Source: Vicugna vicugna
Taxonomy: Eukaryota
Length of the DNA: 64,000 nt
Assembly (NCBI GenBank): GCA_013265495.1
Contig: MU058198.1
Location: forward strand, 3,112,419-3,176,418
Reading direction: 5' to 3'
The translations under genes and the position numbers were made by a program. The notes under the pieces are model-generated. The model did not search any database. It was not told the origin of the DNA and saw only the letters and a list, made by a program, of their open reading frames with translations. This document shows, piece by piece, positions 27,530 to 39,875 of the stretch (within the stretch, counting starts at the first letter, position 1; each line of letters starts with the position of its first letter).

Positions 27530-29440
27530 AATGCGTGATCCTAGACCGAATCCTGAAACAGAAAAGGGACATTCATGGAAAAACTAGTAAAATCTAAATA
27601 AAGCCTGAAGTTTAGTTAGTAGTCATGTGTCAATGTTGGTTTCTCAGTTTTGTCAGAGGAATCACAATGACGAAAGATATTATCATGAGGGAAACTGGAG
27701 AAGGGCACTTGGGGACTTTCTGGACTATCTTTGTAACTTTTCTGTAAATCTAAAATTATTTCAAAATAAAATATTTTAAAATAATGAATGTACTTGAATG
27801 AAACACCTTAACTCTATTTTTAAAGATCAATGAGATTGTAATAATTTTTTTAAAAGGAGAGAGGAGAGAAAATTATAAAGAATGAATCTGTCACCTAGAG
27901 GCAGCTATTGCATCAAATCCTTACCCTAAAAAAAAAAAGTAGTAATTAGAGGGAAATCGTTTATTCTGCTCTATTCACCAAAGGAAAGGAGCTCTTCTTT
28001 ACAGAAGAATGCCAGCTCATAAATGCTGAAGGAAGGATTTCATTCGAATTTTGCAACCCTGAATGAAATCATTGACTCAGGCAGTGATCAGCAAAGGATG
28101 CTGAAACCACTGGGTGAAACGTTCAAGGAAGACTGGCCATTCACAAGGTGCTAAATCAGCCCATTGAGCTGATTATACAAGAAGAAGTAACATCACAATG
28201 GAGGGATCAGGTTGTCACCACCTGAACTCACTGATCAATCTTAGCTTCACTCATGAGACAACCAGTCATGAGTTTTCTGGTGTGGTGCAATATAGGATGC
28301 TCACAGCACCCCCTGGGAAGAATTATCACCAAAAAAGTTTCGCTCACATCTGACCAAACCTTTAGATCTGGCTTCTAGTTTACAGGAAATACAAGAGATT
28401 GAGGGGTAAGTTAAAAACACCAGGAGGAAGCAATCAGACAAAGCCAAGAAAGTAGGGCATTTTACCAACAAGACAATGGATCTGGTTTCTTCAGTGACCT
28501 GGAAAAAAGGGAGGAGATGTGAAAGGAGAGGTGATTTTAGACTGAGAGGATTAATGAGATGTGATCGCAGTTTGAGGATCTTGACTAGGTCCTGGTTTGA
28601 AGCAAATGTAAAGACATTTGGGGGGCAATTGGGGAAATATAGATATGGAGAATCTGATGATCCTATGGATTTGGGGTTCATTTTGTTGGGTGTTACGTGT
28701 ATTGTTGTTACCCAGTCCAAACTCATTCTGCTCATTGCATGACAGGCCATAAATCTGGAGACGAGGTGTTGGGGCAAGGAATAATGACTTTATTGGGAAA
28801 GCCGGCAGCCCGAGAAGGTGGGAGTCTAATGCCCTGGAGAATCGTCTTTCCCAAGTCAGAATTCAGGCTCCTTTCTCACTAAAAAGGATAGGCGGTGTGG
28901 TTGGTTGTTGCAAACTTCCTGGTGTTAGAATCCTTTGTTCTTGTAGCTGTCCACATCTGTCAGGTCATGGTGTCCCTGCAAACCTTCAACAAGATACGTT
29001 ATTTTCTCTTCTGCACCTTTTTATCTTTATAAGAATAGGAGAATGTTACACTCTTACAGGTCAGAGCCTTGAGAATAGGCTCTCCTGTATATTTCAGGCT
29101 ACAGGCAACATTCTTTTACAAAAGGCGCAGAACCAGCAAGACTAAGCCCAGGAAACAGAGCACAGGGTTAGAGACAAAGAAACAGATCTAATGTGGAGTC
29201 AGATGTGTTCCTCCCTTTTACAGTGTGGGTAAGTAAAGTTGTGTTTCTTTTTTTAAAAAAGATACTGAAGTATTTAGGGTTGAAATGTCACGTTGACTCT
29301 AAATACTTTAAACTACTTCAGCCAAAAACAGAAAAAAGAGATGATGAAGAAAATACGGCAAATGTTCACAATTGTTGTATCTAGGAGATGTTCATTGTAT
29401 GATTCTCTCAATTTTTCTACATGTTTGAAAATATTAATAA
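27530..29440 (+). mobile_element. L1MC-type 3' fragments
   Basis: atcctgaaacagaaaagggacatt, gtaacttttctgtaaatctaaaattatttcaaaataaaa, tagtttacaggaaataca, atactgaagtatttaggg. Confidence 0.7.
28706..29222 (-). mobile_element. Solo LTR (~517 bp, ERV1-like) inserted in L1MC
   Basis: TG...CA termini (tgttacc...ttttaca), reverse poly(A) signal tttatt at ~28789, near-TSD ttgt/gtgt; L1MC sequence continues on both sides. Confidence 0.75.
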
Positions 29441-29819
29441 TAAAGAACCAAGGACAAATGTTGGCTAAACAAACACTCATTAATTCCACAAAAATTTACT
29501 GAGCACCTATACTGTGTGCCAGACACTGATCTAGGCATTGGTGCTATGGTAATTGATTTTTTTTTAAGTCCTTGCCCCCTGGAATGACAACCAGTTGAAG
29601 AAGGAAGACAATCAAGGAAGCAAACAGGTAAAATGGAAAAAATTGGGTTAAAAAAAAAAATAAGGACAAGAAGAATGTCTGTATGTGATGGATCCTGCTA
29701 TTTAATGTGGGATAATCAAGGAAGACCTCTCTGAGGGGTTGACATTTAAGCAGAGACCTAAGAGAAATGAGAAAATTTGCTCCTGAGAGACCTGGTAAAA
29801 GAGCAAGAGTTTAAAAGAG

Positions 29820-30100
29820 AAGAAACAGACTCACAGACATAGAAAACAAACGTATGGTTATCAGGGGCAGAAGAGGGTGGGAAGGGACAAACTGGGAGTT
29901 TGAGATTTGCAGATACTAACTAGTATATATAAAACAGATAAACAACTTTCTTCTGTATAGCACTGGGAACTACATTCAATATCTAAGCTAGAATGAAAAA
30001 GAATATGAAAAGAAATATATGTATGACCAAAAAATTAGGCTGTACACCAGAAATTGATATAAAATTGTAACTGACTATACTTCAGTTTTTTTTTTTTTAA
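29820..30100 (+). mobile_element. Young L1 3' end inside an L2 fragment
   Basis: agaaacagactcacagacatagaaaacaaacgtatggtt...ctgtacaccagaaattga...ctgactatacttca. Confidence 0.9.
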
Positions 30101-30557
30101 ATGGGAGAAAAAAAGAAACTAAAGCAGAGCAACTGGCAAGAGCAAAGGCCCTGAAGGAGGAGCTACTTGAATACCCCCAGAAGCAAGAAAGGGGCCAATG
30201 AAGGTCACATGGAAGGAAAGGGGGAAGAATGGTAGGAAATGAGCTCAGAGAAGTAGTAAACAAGATGGAGAGTTGCAGATGATGGGGAAACTTACAGGCT
30301 GTTTCAGCTCTTATTCTGAGCAAGATGGAAAACATTTGATTTTACTTAGTTTTTTAAAAATTATTTTAATGGAAATTTCTAAACATACAAAAGTAGAGAG
30401 AAGAGTATAATGAACACGCAAGTACTCGTCTCGCAGCATCAACATGATCAATTCATGACCAATTTTGTTTCATCTTTATCTCTCGCGCCACCCGAATGGA
30501 TTATTTTGAAACAAATCCCAGACATCTTGTCATTTCACCTCTAAATATTTTTGTCTA

Positions 30558-31056
30558 CAGGTAGACCTCGGAGAGGTTGCAGGTTCAGTACCAGATTACC
30601 ACAATAAAGTGAATATTACAATAAGGCGAGTCACAAGTTTTTTGTTTCTCAGTGCATATAAAAACATGTTTATACTTTACTGTAGTCTATTCAGTGTGCA
30701 ATAGCACTTGGTCTGAAAAAACAAGGTACATACCTTAATTTAAAAATACTTTGTTGCTAAAGAATGCTAGCCATCATTTGAGCCTTCAGTGAGTTGTAGT
30801 GTTTACACCGAAGATCACAGGTAACTGATCACAGATCACCGATCCCCGTAACAAAGATAATCATAATGAGAAGTTTGAAATATTGCAAGGATTACCAAAA
30901 CACAACACAGAGACTTGAAGTAAGCAAATGCTGTTGAAAAAATGATGCTGGTAGAATTGCTTGATGTAGAGTTGCCACAGACCTTCAATTAATTTTTTTA
31001 AATGCAATTTCTTTAAAGCAAAATAAAGTGAAGTGTAATACAGTGAGGTTTGCCTT
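30558..31056 (-). mobile_element. Internally deleted Tigger1-type DNA transposon nested in an L1MC fragment (~30350-31915)
   Basis: Preceded by TA; the ends caggtagacctcggagag and gtgaggtttgcctt match the Tigger1 TIR CAGGCATACCTCG and its complement. Confidence 0.85.
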
Positions 31057-31664
31057 CATACCTTTAAAATATAAGGTCTTTTTTAGAAAACTCACAACAG
31101 AACCATTGTTACACCTAAAGAAATTAACAATAACTCCTAAATATCACAAACCATTTAGTGTTCAAATGCCTTAATTGTCTTATGAATAATTTTCAGAGTT
31201 TGTATGAATCAGCATTGAAATAACATTCGTGAATTGCCACTGTAGAGACAGCTCTTAAATCTCTTAGTCTCGAGTAATCTCCTCAGTCTCTATTGGTTTC
31301 TTTCAATCTGTTGCAGAAACTGGGTCATTTGTCCTATAGAGTTTCCACCATCTCAATTTCACCGGTTACGTCTCCAGCGGTGTCATTTAACATGTTTCTC
31401 TGTTCCCTGGATTTCTTGTAAGTTGGTGGTTGTATCTAGAGACCTAATCAGACAGGTTTTTTGTTTATTTGGTCTTAGGGTTTTTTTTTTTTTTTAGCAA
31501 GAATACTTCATAGATGATATTGGGTACTTGCATCAAGAGTACGTAAAGTTTGGTTGTCCATCTTATGATATAAGCAGCCACAAATGATCTTTGCCTAAAT
31601 CCACTAATACATTAGAAGTTTGGAAGTGTTGACATTTTAGTTTTTCCTTCTTTTACTAGCTGGA

Positions 31665-31805
31665 ATATGTATATGTATATATGGAATATGTATATATTCC
31701 AGCTAGTAAAAGAATATATATGTATATATATTCTTTTAATATATACATTAAAAGAATATATATATTTTATATATATATATATATTTAGCTGGAGTATATA
31801 TATAC
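31665..31805. repeat. Degenerate (TA)n tract
   Basis: Read directly from the sequence. Confidence 0.9.
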
Positions 31806-31914
31806 CAGAACTACCCCACATCAGCTACTTGGTTACCCTGTATAGAGCAGGCACAGTAAATGCTTGGCTCTTTCCTTTCATTTATACATTTTCAAAATAA
31901 TGAATTGGTTCCCT

Positions 31915-32218
31915 AGTCTATTCGTTCACTAGTGCCACATAACAAATCACCAAATTTAGTGACTTGAAACAACACACATTTATTGTCTCACAGTTTCTGT
32001 GAGTCAGGAATCCCAGCATGGTTTAGCTGAGTCCTCTGCTGCAGGATTTCTCATGAGGCTGCCATCAAGGTGTCGGCTGGGGCTGTGGTCTCACCAAAAG
32101 GCTCAGCTGGGGAAAGACTTGCTTCTGAGCTCACGTCCATGGTTGGGAAGGGGATTACCCCAGGGTGTTAACACTAGGAGAGGAACTTTTGGGGTCATTT
32201 TAGAGTCATCCTGACACA
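31915..32218 (-). mobile_element. MLT1 LTR remnant
   Basis: aacaacacacatttattgtctcacagtttctgtgagtcaggaatcccagcatggtttagctgagtcctctg. Confidence 0.8.
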
Positions 32219-32280
32219 TCTAGCATCCTCCAAAGGTGACTGCTAAGTTTCATTGTTTTGTTTATTTAGTATAACTTGAA

Positions 32281-32450
32281 TTTTTTTAAACATCTTTTAA
32301 AAATTATTTTGGTGAGGGAGGAGGTAACTAGGTTTGTGTTTGTTTGTTTGTTTGTTTATTTATTTAATTTTAATGGAGGTGCTGGGGATTGAACCCAGGG
32401 CTTCATGCATGCTAAGCTCACACTCTACCACTGAGCTATACCCTTGCCCT
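32281..32450 (-). mobile_element. tRNA-derived SINE (Vic-1-like)
   Basis: ggggattgaacccaggg...ctctaccactgagctataccc; near-TSD acttgaatt/acttggatt. Confidence 0.9.
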
Positions 32451-33715
32451 GACTTGGATTATTAAAGGATAAGAGGATTATTCTGTCAACTGTATGAAGA
32501 CTATATGCCAAGGGAGCAAGAATGAAAGCAAACTGACCTGCTGCCTGCACCCCCATAACCTCACTGTTTGCAACTTCCATATTAAACCTTTCGATACGAC
32601 CCAAACCTTCTAAGCGAAGTGAAAAGACAAGAAATAGGCATGGAGGAAACAATGGGAGATGGATTTGATCATCAGACTATGCAACCAGTGGGAATCTGTG
32701 TGTCTCCATTTCCTCCCTGTAAAATGAGGGTAACAGTATTCACCTCACTGGGCTTTTGTGAGTTAATGTATATAAAAAGTTTAGAGCAGGTGCTACATAA
32801 GTATAAGGGGTTGCTGCTGCTATTTTATTGTTGTTGAAATGATTATCATTACTTCTATGATTACACTCTAATTTTTGCTGACTTCTCTAAGGCCGTCTGG
32901 CCAGTCTTGGGCTGTAGGCCCATGCTGCCTGGTAAGGTTTCCTCTTTCAGCAGACTGAGCCAAATGAAAGTCTCTCCATTTTAATCCCCAGCATGAATGA
33001 GTGATTCAGGTCACTTCAGCAGCAATTAAATAGCTTCACAAGTGAATCTGACTCATTAAAACCCAACTGACTGGGAGAACTTGGTCTTAAACTAAACTCA
33101 GCCTTTTCTATCCTTTTAAAAAGTATAAGCACAGTTTATTAGGGTTTTTTAAGTTTTCAGTTACATAAGTGGTATATGAATATACTACTTTTTTAAAAAG
33201 TAACATAGCTAAAGATAATATTTTCTTTGACTACCCTCATATGTAAGAAGGTTAGGGTATTTAAAAGTCTGCAGGCTGCAACCTGACCTTTCTCAAGGTT
33301 CCTCCTTCTCATTATAAGGTAACCACAGTTAACAATTTGATATGTAGCCTTCTAGAACTCTGTCTCTGCATTTACATAAGCTTATATGTGCTCATTAAAA
33401 TGCATTATATTGTTTTATACAGTTTTTTATGTAAATAATGTTATTTTGCAGGCATTGTTCTGCAACTTGCTTAAATAGCTTCAAAAGTGAGTATGATTCA
33501 TTAAACACCAGGTTGTCTAGGAAGACTTGATCCTGAATTTTCTCACACCCCACAGCCAATCCCCTGACAAATTATGTTAGCTATCCCTGAAAAATATATC
33601 CAGAATCTAACCACTTCTCACCACCTCCATAGCTCTCACCCTGGTCTCTGCTTCAGCCTTGCCACCCTGTGGTCCATTCTCAACAGTTCTTATAGTCTTT
33701 TCAACTTTCGGTCAG

Positions 33716-34240
33716 TTATACCCAAAAGAATTGAAAACAGGGGCTTAAATAAATATTTGTACACCCATGTTCATTGCAGCATTGTTTACAATAGCCACAA
33801 GGTGGAAACAACCCAAATGTCCATCAGTGGATGAATGGAGAAATAAAATGTCATATACACATACGGTGGAATATTATTCAGCCTTTAAAAAGAAGAAAAT
33901 TCTGTCACGTGCTACAGCATGAATGAGTCTTAAAGACATGAAATAAGCCAGACACAAAAAGGCAAACATTGCAGGATTCCACTTCAGTGAAGTACCTAGA
34001 GTGGTCAAATTCATAGAGACAAAGAGTGGAATACTGACTACCAGGGGCTGGGAGGAGAGGAGCCTGGGTGGTTTTTGTTTAATGGATACTGAATTTCAGT
34101 TTGGGAAGATGGGAAAGATCGAGGTGGTGGTGATGGTTGAACAACAACGTGAATGTACTTAATGCCACTAAACAGTACCCTTTCAAATGGTTAAAACGGC
34201 TTATATTATTATATATATTTTATCACAATAAAAATAATTA
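33716..34240 (+). mobile_element. L1MA/MB 3' end inserted in an L2 fragment (~33545-34650)
   Basis: atgttcattgcagcattgtttacaatagcc...aatgtacttaatgccact; diverged TSD aacttt(c)ggtcag / aacttt(gt)ggtcag. Confidence 0.85.
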
Positions 34241-36074
34241 AAACTTTGTGGTCAGGTTACATCATCTCAATCCTTCTAAAGGCCCTCCACTTCACTGTCT
34301 TAAGACCAAAGTCCCTACATTGCCCTACAAGGCCCTGCCTCATGTTTTGTTTTCACATTCCACGTGAGTTTTTGGATTCTCTTCTCCAGGCACACTGGGG
34401 CACTTACTGCTCTTCAAATACTCCAGGCATGCTGTGCCTCAGGGCCTTTGCACTTGCTTTTCCTCTGCCTGGTACATTCTTCTCCCAGGTATCTGCAGGG
34501 CTGGCTTCCTCAAAATAGGCTGATCATCTCATTTAAAATTCAACCACCATCCCATCCCCTTTGGCCTGCATTCTTTTTCTCCACAGCAGTTATGCCATCT
34601 AAAAGTTTCTTTGTCTTATTTACTGTCTGTCTTCCCTCACTGGAATGTAAGAAGTTTAGGATGTTTAAAAGTCTGCAAGCTGCAACCTGACCTTTCTCAA
34701 GGTTCCCAAATGCAACTGAAAACCTCAGTACCAAAGTTGCAAAGTTTGTTCCCAGATCTTCATTTTCCTCAGGTCAGAGCTCCAAGAGCTGATTAAATTT
34801 TTCATCTACGCAAAGCAAGGAGAGAAAAATGGAAAGGTATGTGCTCTGAGTGACCAGGTGAGCCCTGAGCGCCAGCCTGGCTGTGCCTTGTGTAATCTGG
34901 GCTCTGTGGTTGGATTTCTGGGAATAAAATGAAATCTGCGAGGCTTGGCAGTGGCTGAAGGCTTTTGTGGCAGACTGGCCAGGTGAAGGGGAGGACCAAG
35001 CAGAGGTGGCCCTGGTGCTGGGAGCAGAGGCTCCACACTCAATGGTCTGTGGGGCATCAGCACACAGGCAGGTGGGTGTGGAGGCACTGGGCACCTGGGA
35101 GTGGGAATCACCAGGGATCAGGGCTCTTTCCACTGCCATTCAGCTCCAGATCACCCAGACCACGCAGGAACAGAAGCCCCATTGTCGCCAGACCTCTTGA
35201 CTGCTCATTTTCCAGAGAATCAGGAAGTTGATTTTTATGAGCTACTTTCTGACTTTTAAACACTGCTTCAAAATTTTTAAAAACACCATGTGATCTAACA
35301 AAACATGTTTGAAAACTGGATCTCCCCCACCTCCCACCCCACATCCCACTCCAGGGCTACCAGTTTACAACTCTGCGGTTTAGCAAAAGCATTTACGAAC
35401 ATGGACTTTGGTTCCAGAGAGACCTGGCTTTGCAGCTATTTGGGCAAAGTTCCTTAACACCTGCAAGTCTGTTTCGTTTTCTGTAAAATGGGAACAAAAG
35501 TAAAACCTACCTCATAAGATTTTTTTGGAGGATAAAGGAGACTTAGCAAGGTGCCACAAATAGTACCACAGTTCATAACAGTAGTAATAGTAGTAATGGG
35601 GGGAGGGGAGCAAAGGGCGAACACTAGGGAGAGAAAGAGGAACAACAAAAATGCACGCAGGGTGTAAACTGGTGTGTTGTGGTCAGAGGCAGAGGGACAC
35701 CCAAGCTCACTGTGGCCTAGGGGAATGAGACTGAAGATCCAGGGATCCACTTTTGATCAGTGGACCAGATGAGGATTCTGCCAACCAAACCAGAGACTCA
35801 GCACCCAGGGCCTCCAGACCTGCAGGTGGCACTGCATCTCATAGTGGCTCTCTATCTCAGGGGTTAGCACAGGCCCCAGGCCAGGGCTTCCCATTCTGTA
35901 CTTAAGCACAGAATTTGTCTGTTTGAGCCTAAGGGTAGGACTCTACAGCTGTGCTTGTGGTGGTTTATCTTCTTAGTTTGGGACCTGACATTCCAGACGT
36001 CAAGATTCTGTAACTATCCCTCCTGACTTGCTGCTTTTGTAGCTTGGATAAAATTTTCACTAGAATCACTTTGG

Positions 36075-36480
36075 AGTCTTTGGTTGCAAGCAACAGATAC
36101 CCTAACCCAAAATGACTTAGCAAAAACGAAATGCATAGGAAATGCACCTGTAAGGGCCAGGTGGGTAGGACTAGCTTCAGGTATGGCTTGATGTGGGTCA
36201 AATGATGAAACCAGGACTTATTTCCTCTCTGTCAGCTCTCTGGGTAGGATTCATTCTTATGCAGCCTCTTCCCAGATGCAGCTCCACATCTGAACAATTC
36301 CGAAGGAGGTGGGACCCGCCCCACCCCCTACCCCCAAAAGCTCAAAGAAAAAGTCTCTTTGTAGAATTTCACTGATTCTAGTTATCTTGAGTTGGGTCAT
36401 GTTCCCTCCTTTCAACCAATCAATATCCCAAGATGAATATAATGTGTGATCTCTAGGCCAGGGCAGAATCAACCCTGAAT
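36075..36480. mobile_element. Old MLT1J/K-like LTR remnant just upstream of the CpG island
   Basis: tttggttgcaagcaacagatacc...tagcttcaggtatggcttgat. Confidence 0.65.
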
Positions 36481-36779
36481 GAGATGGTGATACCCGGAAT
36501 CAGCACCACCAGGATCAAAATACGGACTAGGGGTAAAGACGGGGTGACCCCAGAGCTAAACCACACGCAGTTGCCTGAAGTAGAATGAATAGATGCTCCG
36601 TGACCGTCTCCTCTTGGAGGGGATGGCTGAGACCGAGGGAAGGGGAAGGTCACTGAGAAAGCAAAGGTGAGGGTGAAGGAATTCAGAGGTCCGGTGAGAG
36701 GTAGGGAAATCAGTGGCAGAAGCCAGTTCCTATGCAAACTCCCTGGAGACCTCACCTCAGCTGGAGGACAGTCTGCCTG

Positions 36780-37620
36780 AGGGGGTGTGGACGTGATGGG
36801 CGCGGTTGTACAGGTGTGCGTGATGTGTACCGATGCACCGCGTGGCAGGATGGAGTGTTGTACGCGGCATGTATTGCGCGGGGCGGGGTGGGGAGGGGGA
36901 AGTGGTCTGTCTAGGGGCCACGAGAATGAGGGGGTCTATGTGTACAAATCTGTGGCACTTGTTCGACGTGCGGAGGGAGAATGCGGAGTGTGTGCGCGCG
37001 CAGTCTGGGTGGGCGTGCTCGGCAGACGTGGATGTGGAAGAGGGTACCGGGTAGCGTGCGGGACCGGAACTTGTTTCCGGGGAGAGTGAGAAAGACGGCG
37101 GCGAGGAGCCGGGCGGCTGCGGTGGCCCGGCCGTCGGCGCCGCCAAGCCCCGCCCGCAGCGCTGCCCGGCTTCCCCGCCCCGCCGCCCGCTCCCTCCCCG
37201 TCCCGGTCGCCGCGCGCTCGCGGCCCCACCGCCACAGTCGCCTGGCCGCCGCCGCGGCCTCCGCAGCGCTGCAGCCGCCGCCAGCCGCGCGCATCCCAAG
37301 CCGCCGTGGGAAGCAGGTATGACAGCGACGCCGGGCGAGCGCAGGGCCACCCGGGCGCCCGCCCCGCCGCAGGTTCCCACCGGAGGGCGCTCGGCGGTGG
37401 CGCTGGCGGCTCTGAGGGGACCGGGCTTCGCGCGCAGGGGGACCACCGCGTGGGGGCGGGGAAGCCCCCGAATGCGAGCCGAGGGCTCAGGCGAGTGCGC
37501 TGCGCGTCTGTGCGCAGAGAGGGCCGGGTGCGATGTCGTTTGGGAGGGTGACAACAGTGACATCCGAGAGCGCGGGCTACCAGACAGGCATCGGGACGCA
37601 CAACGCTTCGCTGAAATTAG
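36780..37620 (+). promoter_or_regulatory. CpG-island, TATA-less promoter of an unidentified gene
   Basis: The only large CpG-dense, very GC-rich block in a CpG-depleted window. It has several GC boxes (ggggcgggg at ~36880, ccccgccc repeatedly at 37147-37190), an NRF1-like palindrome TGCGCGCGCA (36993-37002) and inverted ETS-core sites CCGGAA/TTCCGG (37064-37080). Confidence 0.9.
37085..37316 (+). other. Probable non-coding first exon (start uncertain)
   Basis: GCC-rich, 5'UTR-like sequence with no ATG, ending at the splice donor CAG|GTATGA (intron from 37317). The TSS position is inferred, not observed. Confidence 0.55.
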
Positions 37621-39667
37621 GGTCTCCTTGGTTGGTGTCCCCCTTCTACAGAGAGGAAAACTGAGTCAAGCTGGAGAAGCTTCCCTAGGTCCCAGGGACA
37701 AGTTGCTGAGTCCAGATTTCAACCCAGGGAATCTGACCCCAGAGCCCACCTCTTAGACTCTTCTGCCAGCCAGCCTCTGGGGAGCAGGAGGGTGTTTTCA
37801 CTGAGTGTCCACCTTGGGGCGGTGCTGGGGAGAAGGCCACCCCCGAAGGTCCTGCTGTCTGTCCCCGCAAGGAGCATATGTCGGAGACTTATCACTTGGG
37901 TGGGCTGGGGCAGGGGCTGGGGGCGGGAGTTGCGAGCAGAAAGTGCGCAGCGGGGAGCCAGATCTTGCACTCTAATGTGGAGGGAGAAACTGAGGCACGG
38001 AGGAGTTTAGGGAGGAAAGCAGCCCGACATCTCCCCCAGCCCACCTCTACCAGAGTAAGGGCAGAACAGCCCAGGCCAGCGTTTGTCCCTGACAGCCGAG
38101 CCCCGGAGAGTCGATGAGGAGCCTGTGTGAACACTTCTCAGGCCTGAGCATCCCTGTGGCCCCACATGACAGCCACCAGTGACCCAACCTACCTACCTAC
38201 TGAACAGTGTGATTCTAGGAGGAATACACGGATCCATTCTCCTCTGTCTATATCCTTCCACCCTCTGCCCTTCCTACTCTGCAAAGGTAACCGGCTTCAT
38301 AATTTGGGGTGTTCCTTCCAGACTTTACCTACACCCATGTAGTCATATACACGTGTACCCACAGAAAGTATGTAAGCTGCATAGTCATGTTGTGGGTGGA
38401 TGTTTAATAGAAATGGTATAATCCATCCACATCATTCTGCAACTTGCTCCCCCCTCCAGTTATCATTTCCTGGAAAGTTATTTGTGTTGCTGCATATAAA
38501 TCTAGGTTATTTATTTTAGCTGCTGCACAGTTTTCAACCATGGGTTTGCCTACTGATGGGCATTTAGGTCATAAAAATTAGGGAACTGTTTCTTATTTCA
38601 GCCTCTTCTGTAAACTGACATCTCTGGGTTAAGAAAGATTTCTTCGCACTTTGTCCCAAACTAACTTCACAGAATCTGGATTTGGGGGACCAGGTCCCCC
38701 TCCATTCTCCATCATGCATGCATGGGCACAAGGTGCCCATGCATGCTCAGGTGCACACATGCACACTTCTATCCTGTCTATCTGTGAACAAGGACAAATA
38801 CTACATCCCTTTATCTGCGGTCTCTGCTGAGCCCAAAGGCCTGGGATTGAGCCAGGCCATAAGCTCTGCCTGTCCAGGCCCCAATGGGGAGAATTCCCAC
38901 AAGGGGCCGTGTCCAGAGGTTCCCTCTAGATACCCTCAATGCTGTCTCCACTCTCCAATAGGACACAGAAGGAGTTAGGAACCATGCCTAACACACTGAA
39001 GTGTCCAGGGTCCCATTTGTGTACCAGAAACTTTCCAGGACCAGGCTGTGCTGTGAGAGGGTGCTTGCTCTAGAACGTGGGCCAGGAGCATCCAAAGTTT
39101 GGTGGAAGGCCTGATGACAGCCAGTTGGGAAAAAGTTGGAATCAGAGCCGCTTGCGTTACAGTCCCAGCTCCACCTCTTCCCAGCTTGGGCAATAATTCC
39201 CTTTCTCCGGCTGAGCCACAGTTTCACATCGGTAACATGATGATGACAGTGCAACTTCCCAAAAGTGTTGAGTGGGTCAGTGGGATGATGAAACCAAACG
39301 CTTAGATCATTGTCAGCACTTGGAAAGCAGGGGGGTCTTGTCTCGGATGGAGGAGACCCAGAGATGGCCTCAGGCTGGGGGTGACACTCAGGACCACCAT
39401 TTGGGACCTCGTTCACATCCCAAGTGCAGGTCAGGGACTCCCAGTGCTGTGTGGGACTGAGGATGAGATTTCTGCTTGTGAGAGCCAAGCTCAGCTCACA
39501 GCGGGGTCCAGAAGTATCATGGCACCTACAAAGGACCTACTGTGCACCTGGCCCTGAGCTAAGATGCAGAAATGAACTGAGCTGAGATCCCCAGCTTTGA
39601 GACACAGGAGACAGCAGAAGTCACAAAGTGTACCTGTGTGCAGCTTTTGTAAGGCCCTCGCTCCTTT

Positions 39668-39875
39668 TTGTTTTATTTTGTTTTATTTTATTTTATTTTA
39701 TTTTATTGAAGTATAGTCAGTTTACTATGTGTCATTTTCTGGTGTATAGCATGATGTTTCAGTCATACATGTACATACATATATTTGTTTTCATATTCCT
39801 TTTTCATTATAGGTTACTACAAAATAGTAAATACAGTTCCCTGTGCTATACAGTGGAAACTTGTTTATCACCCAT
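39668..39875 (-). mobile_element. Young L1 3' end with (TTTTA)n tail
   Basis: ttattgaagtatagtcagtttac...ttccctgtgctatacagt; TSD gctccttt on both sides. Confidence 0.9.

Noticed and set aside
36757..37756. Long overlapping ORFs (268, 221 and 145 aa) in the CpG island
   Set aside because: They are Ala/Arg/Gly/Pro-rich in several frames on both strands, as expected from stop-codon scarcity in GC-rich DNA. The ATG at 37319 lies inside the splice donor, and no domain is recognisable.
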